Origin: Eledone cirrhosa
Lineage: Eukaryota
Length of the DNA stretch: 64,000 nt
NCBI GenBank assembly: GCA_964016885.1
Contig: OZ024741.1
Location: 146,444,001 to 146,508,000, forward strand
Reading direction: 5' to 3'
In this document: positions 1-11,799 of the stretch, piece by piece
How the letters are laid out: each line of letters starts with the position of its first letter
Position numbering within the stretch: position 1 is the first letter of the stretch
Notes under the pieces: generated by a model
The model's database searches: none
Told to the model about the DNA's origin: nothing
Seen by the model: only the letters and a program-made list of their open reading frames with translations
Translations under genes and position numbers: made by a program

Positions 1-274
1 ACCAGTATATGAGCATGCCTTCTGGAGTATTTTCCATTTGAGGGTGAAAGGGATGGACTTCTTTTTCAGGTCCCATACATGGACACCCAATGCCATATAG
101 TTGGCTTTGTCCAATCTGCTAAAGAAGTGAGTGTGGGCATAACACTGGGTCTTAAAACTGTCAGAAGTCATACCAATGTGTTTTTTGTTATTACTTGATA
201 TGACAGCGCATTTGTATATGATGTCATCTCTCTCTATATATATATAGATTTACGTATTTACTTATATGCACACA

Positions 275-428
275 ATAGGCTTCTGCACAGTTTCTACCTA
301 CCAAATTTCACAATAATTCATCAAGCCTAATATATATTAGAAGCCACTTGCCAAGATACCAGGCAAGGGGAAAGAATCTAATGTCCCATTGTTGTAGAGC
401 AAACACTTTAACTACACAGCCATGCATG
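275..428 (-). mobile_element. Decayed tRNA-derived SINE (family 4); related copies at ~1400-1560 and ~61340-61480
   Basis: Shared motif series (GGCTTC...AGTTTC...CCAAAT...CACTTGC...GAAC...GTTG...AGCAAAC) recurs at three loci; degenerate A/B-box-like head on the minus strand. Confidence 0.5.
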
Positions 429-597
429 TGCCTATATTTTCAGGCCTCATTTGTTTTATGTTTCACATTCTCAATGTTTCAATCAGCAACTTCCTATTAG
501 ACCAGATTTCTACACAACTAGCTGTCTTTTTATTTCTAACACTGACATGTAACAATAAAATCAGTGAAACCAATTTTGTCACACAGCTAGACAGGGA

Positions 598-865
598 TAA
601 TTGTTAACATCTTGGAGTGATTTAGCAGAAAATATCCTTGAAAAATAGGTTTGTGAATTCAAATGTTTATAGTCTTTACTAATAGACAGATCATTGTGAA
701 AATTTACAATATTAGAGTAAAGACTTTAATTGTTAACATCTTGGAGTGATTTAGCAGAAAATATCCTTGAAAAATAGGTTTGTGAATTCAAATGTTTATA
801 GTCTTTACTAATAGACAGATCATTGTGAAAATTTACAATATTAGAGTAAAGACTTTAATTGTTAA
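598..865. repeat. Perfect 129-bp tandem duplication inside an old MITE-like repeat
   Basis: 598-726 repeats exactly at 727-855; TAATTGTTAA occurs at 598, 727 and 856. The duplicated sequence resembles 27105-27325. Confidence 0.9.
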
Positions 866-2539
866 TATAATTGAGTCATAGAGCCAGTTATTCCCTTTCA
901 AAAATGTAGTTTCATGTAGTAAGGACATTAAGTGTTAACAGAAATGTGTGTCAAATCTACACTCCTAACACAATAGCTGAAACAATAATTTATCATGTTA
1001 TCCTCTATAATGTTTTGGTAAACTCTGCCACTGCAGATTCTGTCATTCATTCTTTTTAATTCAAAAAATTAAATACCAGTAGTAGTCTAGGTTACTATTG
1101 TATGTGTTCACTCAATGAATCAGTCTATTTGTGAAATTAACTTCCAAGTGACTGAGCATTCCATAAACATGTATACCCTCAATGTAATCCTCCCAGAGAT
1201 TAAACATGATACAGTGTGTAACAAGCCAAATAATTGAAAACTGGTTATACAGAGAGACTTGTATACTCTGTTACTCGCAGCTATCTGTATTGCTTTAACT
1301 TTTTTGATATCAACCCATCCCACACTGTCCCAATTCTATGATGACAAATCTCATGTACTCCTATTTGAATTATAGATTGGAGTCAATCTGACAATATTCC
1401 ACAACAGGCTTCCAAATAGTTTCCATATACCTAATTTTACGCACAAGTCTTGTATCAAACTAAAGCTATGATAAATGACACTTGCATGAGATGTCAAGCA
1501 GGGAGATTGAACCTGGAATCTTATAATTGTAAAGCAAACTTCCTAACCATTTGAGCATCCTGCATCCATGAAATAGTTATAATTGCTGTCTAGCTTCCTA
1601 TCACTTGAAGTTATCTACTTCTTAAAGGAGGCATGATTGCTGCTAAATGTGCAGCCATTTTTATGGTTAGTGTACTTGATGATTACTATGTCAATATTGA
1701 ATATAACATCAGTAAAAAAAAACAACAATATAAAAAAAGCTAATTTCAACAAGCCATCAATACGTTCATTTTAAAAGCTACAAACAGAAATAATTCTAAT
1801 TTTCTAAATGTGATTTTTTAAAGATAGAAATAAATAAATAGAGAATTTTGGCTACTTTAAAGTAAGCTATTTTACATAATTTTTAGTTTCCAATATAAAC
1901 TGATCAGGATTGGTAGCCTATTAATACTACAAACACAGCTTTTACCATATTAATTGGAATAATAGCATTTTTATAAGTATATTCTATATATGAACATATC
2001 TTTCATTCAAGTTTTGTTGTAAACATCAAAAGAATATTAACCACAAGCTCATTTAGTGACTGAGTTACTTTTTGATTTTTCTCTTGCAATTTAAGCTATG
2101 ATTATGTCTGATACTAAAATAAATCAAATTAGAATCGATTGAAGTTTAAATTTATATAAAATAAACCAGACGAAAGTTTTTATCTTGTTTTCTTTTTGTT
2201 TTTCAAGAAGGAAATATTTGGTCCTAAACATAGGCACATCAATAGCAGAAAGTAGAGTACAACCATGTTTCAATAATTGTAATATTTTTGTCATATCTAC
2301 TAATCTATGATCAATACAATAGTCTCTTCTCTTTTTATTTCACAAACTTTACTGTTTCATCCTCATCCTGATAATCGTCAACACCCACATCATCATCATC
2401 ATCATCACTATGGTCATCATCATTGTCATAGTTTCGTTTTCTTATTCATTTGACTATGGTAGCAGATGGTTACAATCTTCCTCCACCCATTGCAGTTTTC
2501 ATAATTAGTTGTTGTCCAGTGTGTATTTATATATTTGTG

Positions 2540-4335
2540 TCATCATCATCATCATCATCAACGTTTAACGTCCGTGTTCCATGCTTGCATGGGTTTGGAC
2601 GGGGGTAGTCCCACTTGAGGCAAGAGTGATTGTCTTGCTCGTATAGGACTGTCTGGTGGGTTTTCTACAGTTGGATGCCCTTCCTAACACCAACCACATT
2701 TACAGTGTGGGTCTGGGAGGTTTTTACCGTGTTGCCTACACGGCCACATTACAGCGTGGACTGTGTGTTTTTTTGTCGTAACACCTACACGATCTCATTT
2801 GTTTCAGCCTGGATGGCGCGGCACCAACATAACTTTACATAGAACGGGGTGGTGTGGATGGGGTGGTGGCGGGACGGGGTGTATTTTGTTAGAGATGCCT
2901 ACTGGCAAGGCGGGTCTTCTCTGTTACTGAGTACCGCCAAAGGTCTCGGTCCAGTGACATTGTCTTGGAGAGGTGTAAGTGTGTGAGGTCGGAGTTTATC
3001 AGCTCATCCCAGGTTTTTCTAGGTCTGCCTATTCCGTGGCTACCGTCTATCTTTATTGCCCTGCACTTTGTTATACAGCTATCGACTTTCATGCGCATCA
3101 CGTGTCCATACCAACGCAGCCTTCTCTCGAGTAAACAACATCTGATCCCTCTTATCTCTAATTTTTTCCTTAGTTCGTTTATGCTTTGCCGTTCACGTAT
3201 ATTACTGTTACACATCCAGCGGAGCATGCAAGCTTCGTTCCTCTCTAGTCTGCGTATATCCTCTGCACACAATGCCCAGGTCTCACTACCATGCAACATT
3301 GCTGTTCGTATGCAGGCATCGTACAACCTGCCTTTCATTTTTAGGGAGAACCCTTTAGCAGCTAATAGTGGTATAAGCTCTCTGAACTTTTTCCAACCAG
3401 TTCTGACTCTAGCTACAGTACTTTCAGAGCACCCTCCCCCACTGCTGATTTTATCGCCCAGGTAACGGAAGCTGTCCACTATTTCTATAGAACCCTCTGC
3501 GCAATTGAAAGAGCTAGTATTTTGTGGGCACTTGCTGCTACTTATTGCACCAGAACACCGGCCACATGTAAAATCTATGTTCTTAGTTAGCTTACCTGTG
3601 ATCCCACTACATCTTTTATGCACCCATACTTTGCATTTAGGACATAAAATGGAGTTTCTACCTACGCCTTTCCTACACACCGAGCACGACCATTTCCCAG
3701 AAGGGACCGCCGCCTTGTTTTCTTTCCTACAAACTAGAACTTTGGTCTTAGCCAGGTTAATTTTAAGTCCTTTTGACTCTAGGCCGTGCTTCCATGTTTG
3801 GAATTTCTTCTCTAGCTCGGCCATTGATTCCGCTATGAGTGTCAGGTCGTCTGCGTATAGGAGTTCCCATGGGCAGCCGGTCTTGAACTCCTCTGTTATA
3901 GCCTGAAGGGCAATAATAAATAGTAGGGGGCTGAGAACAGAGCCCTGATGGACGCCAACTTTTACGCTAAACTCTTCACTATATTCGTTGTTAATTCTAA
4001 CCTTGCTGACTGTTTCTTTATACATGGTTTGTATAGCCCTCACAAGCCATTCGTCAACGCCTAGTTTTCTAAGAGCCCACCAGATAATGGAGCGGGGGAC
4101 TCTGTCGAAGGCTTTCTCCAGGTCGACAAAAGCTAAGTAGAGGGGTTTACCTTTAGCTAGGTACTTCTCCTGTAGTTGTCGTACTATGAAAAGAGCGTCT
4201 GTGGTGCTTTTGCCTGACACAAACCCGAACTGCATTTCATCTAGGTCAATTCTCTTTCTGATTAGTTGCGCTATTAATTTTTCCGTGACCTTCATGACCT
4301 GGTCGATTAATTTAATGCCTCTATAGTTACTCCTA
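2540..4335 (-). mobile_element. RTE-clade LINE, family A, 5'-truncated young copy 1
   Basis: Open RT ORF, ~350-bp 3' UTR and (GAT)n tail at 2540; near-identical to 33971-36726; the 5' end abuts a (TA)n run. Confidence 0.95.
2889..4333 (-). CDS. Partial RTE ORF: reverse transcriptase with internal PHD-type finger and C-terminal GRPRKTW motif
   Basis: Motifs NYRGIKL, QFGF, FVDLEKAFD, GVHQGSVLSPLLF, YADD, GLKIN, FRYLG, RLRWYGHV, GRPRKTW. The ORF-track N-terminus is microsatellite-derived. Confidence 0.9.
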
Positions 4336-4390
4336 TATATATATAAATATGTATTTGTATGCATGTCAGCATATATATATATATATATAT

Positions 4391-4624
4391 GGGATAACAA
4401 GTTATCCTTATAGGTAATCCAGTTAGAGGTTGTGAGTACTCTGTATTATAAATAGTTTTAACGTACGCCATTGTTTGACTCAACAAGAGGTTTCCTTTGT
4501 TAGGTAGCGAGTTTGAGAGAATTCCCATGCAGATCATTCTTGGAGTAATAGTAGTGAAAGAGTGAAGAATAACATGGTCGGCTGTACAAAAAGAGTTTGT
4601 TATTCTTCACTCTTTCACTACTAT
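4391..4624. mobile_element. Short TA-flanked insertion with terminal 27-bp perfect inverted repeat (probable Penelope pLTR fragment)
   Basis: ATAGTAGTGAAAGAGTGAAGAATAACA (4548-4574) is the reverse complement of 4598-4624; (TA)n on both sides. Confidence 0.55.
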
Positions 4625-4631
4625 ATATATA

Positions 4632-4700
<69 letters not shown>

Positions 4701-6734
4701 GTATATATATATATGTATGTGTTTGTATTTGCTTGCATATGTTTCTATATATGTGTGTGTGTGCATTGTGCATGTATGTATGTGTGTATATGCGTGTCCT
4801 CAGTATCATCATTATTTGACTGCTGGAGCAGATGGCCACAACCCCTTTCACCCATAATCAGTTATGGTTCTATGGTTAGGTGATTTGCTTTAGCAATCAG
4901 TGGGATTTGAATCCTTAGATAGAAACTGAACACTCAAACTTATTTTATATGGTACTTACTTTATCTCTGCTTGTCAAACCACTAAGTAACAGGAAATAAT
5001 CAAACAGCACTGGAAATAATCTTGTATTCCAGAGTGAACTGTTATTTCTATTTTACAAACTAATAAGAACATATCTGTGAAATGGGTAAGTGTTAGGTAA
5101 TGATAGACGCATTCATAATAAGGGACTATTTTTCAATTAAACTCTAACTACTCCAAAGTAGACTTATATTATTCAACACCAATGCATTTAGAGGACTTCT
5201 TCTTTTGATATCAAACTACCTGAAACTGCTGCTTATTCTCAAATACAAGATGATTTATTTCAAAGTGTTTATACTTATCTCAAAACTGTCCATCAGAATT
5301 TTATGTAAGAATATTTAAGTTCCAAATATTACATTTATAATGAGAAAGTTGTTTTATTAAATTCCACCAAATTCTTAATTATTAAAAAGATTTTTTGAAA
5401 TGCAATAGAAATATGGTAAAAAGAAAAAGTATTAAGTTACTATAACTGGGTTAAGAAATAATCCATCCCAATATCATGTAATATCTTGGTCATGTGTATC
5501 CTGGTTTTGAGGATAGATACACTATCTCTTAATGTCAAAAAGGTAACTAAAATGGTTGGCATCAGAAAAGACATTCAGTTTTAAAACATTGTTTCAAACT
5601 ATCCTCAAACCTATGCCCACATGGAAAAGTGGATGTAAAATTGACAATGATAATGATGATACAGTGGTGATATTCTAGTAAGTAACAAATGATTTCTCTG
5701 CTGCACCAAGTCAAATTATATACCAAAATATATAAAAAAAAAAAAGAATCCTGTAAATAGATAAAGTGCACTATTTACTGTGATTTCTAACAGATATATA
5801 TCATTGTCAAGATTCTTTTCCAGCATTTCTATTTTATTCATTCATTCTTTTTCTTCTATCTTTTTCTTTTTTTTGGTTGCAACATGTTTTTTTCTTAGCT
5901 GGTTCTCTGAAGCTTGGATAAAAAATGAACAAATGAGAATCTTTCTTCAATACATGCAGATAAAGAGATACCAATTGCTTGTTCATAGGGGCTACACTTG
6001 TATACAAGCAATCCTTGAGAAGAAAAAAATCATTATTAACAAGAAGACTACATCTTATTAATAACAAACGGTGTTGCTTTCTTTTATCTATTTATATCGT
6101 TTAGCAATCTTCTGAACAACAGCTGAAGAAAGGCTTTCCTAAATAAAGATTATATTTATAACAATCCTAATTAATATGGCTTCTAATAGACCTGTTATTC
6201 AGTTATATACATGAATATATAATCAAATATTGTTCAACATTAAGTTTTCTAATATATGTTGTGTTCTAGCATAAACATATTTATTATTTAAATAATTACT
6301 GATATACGAGATATAAGCCCCCCCACACACACACACACTTAGTTCATGTCTGAAAAAAGGGTAAAAATCCAGGCAGCTAATCAATGCATTATGTGTAAAT
6401 GGCATGGTTTGAAATTCTCATGAATTGGTGCATTTTATCATGACACCAACAATAGAGAGGTTGTCATATTTTTAACACAGCCGGAGCATCTTCCTGACTC
6501 TTTATTTGGCAGGTTTATTTACAGCTCAATGCCCTTTCTATAACTAACTACTTTACAGAATGCACTGGTTATATTTCTTGTGTAAATTATCAACACTAGG
6601 GAGATTAGCAGATCGGTTTTACTAATCCTTTGTTTGGTAGGTTTTCTATGGCTGGGTGTCCTTCATATCACCAACCATTGTAAGAAATTAATACTAATAC
6701 ACATGAAATTCGATGTTATGTGGTAAGGTGATGC

Positions 6735-7175
6735 AAGGATAAAATGCACCCAATAAATGCAATAAAATGATAATGCTGGTACCATGATAAAATGCACCAA
6801 GTACACTCTGTGAAGTGTTGGTGCTGGCACCATGATAAAATTCACTCAGTATACGTTGTAAAGTGGTATTGCTGGAGTTACAATAAAATGAATTTTGTAC
6901 GCACTGTAAAATTGTAGTGCTGGTGCCATGGCAAAAAGCATCTAATCCACACTAATCCACTTTGTAAGGTGGTAGTGCTGCAGTCACGACAAAATGCACC
7001 TAGTACATGCTATAAAGTGGTTTGTGTTAGGAAGGGCATCCAAATAAGCTAAACATGTAACATAGGAACATGACATAGTCACCTGAATAATCAAGCCTCT
7101 GAATGTGGCAATCTGTTTAACTGATGCAAGCATGGAAAACAGACATTAAATGGTAGTGATGATGATGGTAGTAGT
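6735..7175 (+). repeat. ~48-bp degenerate minisatellite (~6 units) ending in an RTE/SINE 3' tail
   Basis: Unit ATAAAATGCACC-AGTACACTCTGTAAAGTGGTAGTGCTGGTGCCATG repeats, followed by GTGTTAGGAAGGGCATCC and CATGGAAAACAGACATTAAATG-(GAT)n. Confidence 0.7.
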
Positions 7176-7854
7176 GGTGATGATAATGGTGATAATGATG
7201 ATGATATTGGTGGTGGTGGAGGTGATGATGATGATGATGATGATGGTGATTATGGTAATGATAATTATGAGTGGCAATGGTGATGATATTTGATGATAGC
7301 AAAGTGGAGAAATACATAACCAAAACAAATTTTCCTAGGATATTATACTTGAGAAAATAATTAAGAAAATCAAACAAACAAAAACAAAGTTTGAGATTTA
7401 ATTTTGGAGGCAATAAGGGTAAAATAAACATAATCTGTATGGATGAAAGTATGAGAAAAGTTGAAGAGTTAAGTCTTAAATATTGGCAGATATCATATGA
7501 AGAAAGTTCATTGAACGTGGTCATTCAAACACAGCAGAGAATTGACAGAATCATGAAACAGTCCAATACAGGGGATATTTATTCCTCTGTATATCTTTTT
7601 CACTCTCTCTCCTTTTATGGAAGGAAGTTGAGTTCAGACCTAGAGAGGTGTTGACACTACCAGGTTTAAAATGCCAAGGACATCTTTTACGCTGACTTTT
7701 CCCTGTTGACATAGGCTAGACAGAGGTTTTTGAAGTAATGTTTTACAGCCAGATAACCTTCTTGACACTAACCCCTTTAGTTGCTTCTTATAACATGCAA
7801 GGATACAATGTGCCTATTCTAAACCAGATACACATGGTAAATATATATATATAT

Positions 7855-8116
7855 AAAGTCTAAAGTCTGTCTTAAGCCAGAAGGCTCATTTGGCTGGTGC
7901 TTATCCTGGTTTCATGGCGTGAAGCGACAGAGACTACAAGACTACCCCCTGGACAGAACACAAGTCCACCGCAGGGTTAAACCCCCAGCTATTGAGTGTA
8001 TTGAAGCAACGTAAAATAAAGTGTTTTGCTCAAGAACACAACACGCAACCCAGGAATCAAAGCCACAATGTTATGATCGTAAGTCCAACACCCTTACCAC
8101 TAGGCCGCATGCCTCC
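7855..8116 (-). mobile_element. tRNA-derived CORE-type SINE (family 3); older copy at ~51440-51680
   Basis: Minus-strand head GGAGGCATGCGGCCTAGTGGTAAGG, CORE-like TGTGTTCTTGAGCAAAACACTT, short (AGACTTT)n tail. Confidence 0.7.
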
Positions 8117-8144
8117 ACACACACACACACACACACATGTATAT

Positions 8145-8184
<40 letters not shown>

Positions 8185-8185
8185 C

Positions 8186-8234
<49 letters not shown>

Positions 8235-8323
8235 ATGTAAAAGATAAACAGAAATAACAACACAATCGGTACAGTATATGGAAGGTATATATTAGGTTAA
8301 CGCTTGATATAGCAGGAAGAGGG

Positions 8324-8359
8324 TCTTAACGTTTCGGACACTAGTCCTTCATCAGAAGA
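8324..8359 (-). ncRNA. Minimal type I hammerhead ribozyme with intact core, in a Penelope pLTR-like fragment (~8240-8400)
   Basis: Minus strand TCTT-CTGATGA-A-GGAC-TAGT-GTCC-GAAA-CG-TT-AAGA: stem I TCTT/AAGA, stem II GGAC/GTCC, palindromic stem III ACGT. Confidence 0.75.
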
Positions 8360-8419
8360 AAGAATGAGAAATAAAATAGATTAAGGGGACGGGCAGGATG
8401 GAATTATATATATATATAT

Positions 8420-8757
8420 GGAGGCACATGGCTTAGTGGTTAGAGCATTGGCCTTGCAATCAAAAGGTTGTGAGTTCAATTCTCAGACCGGATGATGTGT
8501 TGTTTCCTTGAGCAAAACACTTTATTTCACATTGCTCCAGTTTACTCAGCTGTAGAAATGAGATGATAGGGACTGGGGTCCCTAGCATTCCACTACAAAG
8601 TGGTCGTGGAGGTGCCACGGCAAAAAAAGCACCCAGCACACTCACTGTAAATCAGGTTGGTGTTAGGAAGGGCATCCAGCTGTAGAAATCAAGCCAGAAT
8701 CAGTTCCCGTCTCACCCTTGCAAGCAGGGAAAAGCGGACGTAAAATAATGATGATGA
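8420..8757 (+). mobile_element. Composite tRNA-head/CORE SINE with RTE-derived 3' tail (family 2)
   Basis: A box TGGCTTAGTGG, B box GAGTTCAATTC, CORE-like TTTCCTTGAGCAAAACACTT, RTE tail GGTGTTAGGAAGGGCATCCAGCTGTAGAAA, (GAT)n end. Confidence 0.85.
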
Positions 8758-8945
8758 TATATATATATATATAAAGTGTGGGTTCATTTCCCAAATGTGC
8801 TAATGCTCATTTTTTTCAGTTATGGGGATTCATATGTCCTAATATTAGACTATTTTCTGTTGTCAATTTATGGTGAAAGTTTCTATTTCTATTTCTAAAA
8901 TATATATGTAATATTAAGATGTGCACTAGCAGTCAATGTATATGT

Positions 8946-9897
8946 TAAAGTTATATCTGTATAATTACAGAGTATGTAACCAAAACTGCACCAACGTGTA
9001 TAAATATATACACATATCTAATGTAGGTCTGTAAACATGTCAGAAAATACAAATTTCCTTGTAAATTGAAAAAATGATAAACATCTTTAATCAATTTTTG
9101 TATCTAATTAGACCCTCATCAGAAGACATGTATATCATACAATCAACCTCAAGGAAACATGTATTTGATGGGTATATATACCCATTCACTCATAGTATTA
9201 TTCTGAAAGGGGCATCTCTAATTTGCATATAATTAGTACTCATGATGATATATATTTCTTCTGATGAGGGTCCAATTAAATCTGAAAAGCAATTAAAGAT
9301 ATCATTTTTTTTCAATTTATAAAGAAATTTGTATTTTCTGGCATAATTACATCAACTAATGGTATGCAAATAAGTACAACAATTTTAGAATAAATAAGAG
9401 TGAATGGATATATAAACCAATCAAATACATGTTCCCTTCTGATTGATTGGATATACTCATCTTCTGATGAGGGTCCAATTAGATACAAAAATTGATGTTT
9501 ATCATTTTTTCAATTTACAGAGAAATTCATCTTTTCTAGGATGTTTGTATGCCTACATATTAGACATGTTTATATATTTATACGCATTAGTGCAGTCTCA
9601 GGAAAGAATCGCTGGACAGATTATATGGGCAAAACCAACAGGCAGGAGACCGAGGGGTAGACCCCGAGGAAAAATAATTGGATAACATCCATGAGTCTGG
9701 CTGGTTTTGGTTGGGGATCCAGCTGGATCAGTTGGAGATGGTTGCTTCTGACAGGACCCACTAGAAGTTCTTGAGGACTCTGCCCCCATGACCCTCCCAG
9801 GATTAAGTGGGCAGCGAAGAAGAAGAAGATGATGATGATGATGATGATGATGATGCAGTCTCTGGTACACTCTGTATTTATACAGATATAACTTTAT
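8946..9897. mobile_element. Inverted + tandem array of a ~200-bp hammerhead-bearing unit (Penelope pLTR/retrozyme-like), decayed
   Basis: 8946-9170 is inverted relative to 9420-9599 plus 9853-9897; a partial direct copy lies at ~9250-9350; CTGATGA-GGGTC(T/C)AATTA motifs at 9084-9126(-), 9257-9299(+) and 9460-9500(+). Confidence 0.7.
9600..9852 (+). mobile_element. Expander/Rex3-like RTE LINE 3' end with 9-bp TSD
   Basis: Encodes PTGRRPRGRPR...WLGIQLDQLE...LPP; (GAA)n(GAT)n tail; TGCAGTCTC is duplicated on both sides. Confidence 0.75.
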
Positions 9898-11039
9898 CAT
9901 AAGTAATATTTATATACGTATATATATATATATATATGCATGTGTGAATAAATATTTATATATATACTTTTTCTAAGAAAAATATTCTAACAGCAGTTTT
10001 AAAGTGAAGATCCTTTGACTCAGTTTTAAATTTCTTCAAACTATTTCCAACGCCACAGTCTCTATCCATTACAAAGAAACCAGTCATCCATCCACCGATG
10101 GTCTCTTATCTCCTTATGTAAATCTGGCAGAGTATATCCCTTCTGCATGTTTGAACATAGCCAATTTCTTCAGGAGAGAGATAGAGGAAGAATCAACTCC
10201 ATTACTGAGCTGGTACTTTATTTATGAATATAGTAGGATTTGAACTCAGAGTACGAAGAGCCAAAACAAATATTACAAAAAATTCTATTGAATGTTCTAA
10301 TGACTCAACCAATTTGCAGAATAGCATAGACCAAAACAGTAGAACAGAGGAGGAGCAAGATTTTTTAGTGAAGTGCTTTGTACTAAGTACTTCAGTAAAT
10401 ACAAGAGAGTTCTTTCAATCAAAACACACCAATATTATGTTTTATAGAAACATAAAAAAATAATAAGATAAAATAAAATATAAATAATAAGAATTTCTTA
10501 TTTCTCTCATCTTCTACTTGAGGTTGTTTTAAGACTCTCTTATCGAACTGTAACAACTTCTGATTGGTTCTTTCAATCTGGTCGATATTTTCTATATGGG
10601 TAGTAGACTAGCATTAACATTATTATAATCAGCTCATCCTCATCGTATACAAACAAAACAAAAACATTTTATCATGAGCATCATCATCATTAACAACATC
10701 ATCGGCATCAACATTGCCATCGTCATTACCATTCTCATCATTATCATCCTCATCTTCAATACCACCACTATCATCATCACCAACATTATCATCACTATCA
10801 CTATTACAAATGAAGAAGGTTTCTAACTGGTTGTTCAACCTCCTGGAAATAGCAGCTAAATCTCCCTCAAATCATACACTACTGTCTTAGAAAAGAACAC
10901 ATTGGAGAATGTAGTGCTTTATATACATTATATCAAAAAGGTACAGAATGGTGATGGCTAAAACATCTTTGATCAAAGGTCTGCTCATTTAGAGTAGGTC
11001 ACAGGCTAAGTAACATCATCATCAAGAAAAAATATCAAT

Positions 11040-11215
11040 TCTCACTCTAATAATTGTTTCTACTTTTGGTTTCTACTTATCGACCCCGTAAGGATGAAAG
11101 GCAAAGTCAACCTCGGCGGGATTTGAATCCTCACTCTAATAATTGTTTCTACTTTTGGCACAAGGCCAGCAATTACCCAGTGCATTACTGGTACTTTATT
11201 TTATCAACCCCGTAA
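11040..11215 (-). mobile_element. Rearranged SINE family 1 fragments
   Basis: Two SINE 3' ends, each preceded by CTCACTCTAATAAT, with GACCCCGTAAGGATGAAAGGCAAAG body pieces. Confidence 0.75.
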
Positions 11216-11799
11216 TATTACGTTTTCTGTTTTAATTTTCTTGAAATTGTTGTTGTTTAACTTGAGGTCAAGCCAAGTCATGAGCATTACAGACTTGACA
11301 ATCCCACATTTTTAGGGGTGTGTTTGATAATATTGTATAATGTGTCCATTTCTTTTCCAAGATTTTAGTGTAATTTCAGTGTTATTTAAGCCAAGCAGTA
11401 TTGAAGAGACTCATTTAGTGACTTGTGTGTTTGATAAGGTTGTTTTTTAGCCCCAGGTCTATCCTGATTATGCTTTCCTCCAATCAAAACTATTTCTCTG
11501 ATACCATCCAGTCTAATTTTCTCACTATATCTAGTAGTAGAGGTGACATGAGAAGAGCATAAAACATTCATAGTGAGACATGTATATTTATTATACATAA
11601 GCATAACATATATGCCTCCATGTACACCTCTATAATGAATCACGCTATGTTACTGCTACTGCTAATATGTCTAGTATATCTATATTTTGGAAAATAAAAA
11701 TAAAAATTTGAGGCTTTTAGATTAATAACCAATATTGTCATTATTAAGCTAATGCTTGGAGCATAACTTAAAAAAAGTTTCTTGCATAAAATTATGATG

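Noticed and set aside
2965-3906. Antisense ORFs over the RTE and Penelope coding regions
   Set aside because: Shadow frames of the true ORFs, with no independent motifs.
6120-6150. CTGAAGA-AAGGCTTTCCT-AAA hammerhead-like string
   Set aside because: No GAAA, stem III or stem I pairing; compatible with chance.
6735-7045. CRISPR-like repeat array
   Set aside because: Degenerate tandem units without unique spacers, eukaryotic context and no cas genes.
8420-8495. tRNA-like sequences at SINE heads
   Set aside because: A and B boxes are present but there is no full cloverleaf; they continue into SINE bodies, so they are not tRNA genes.
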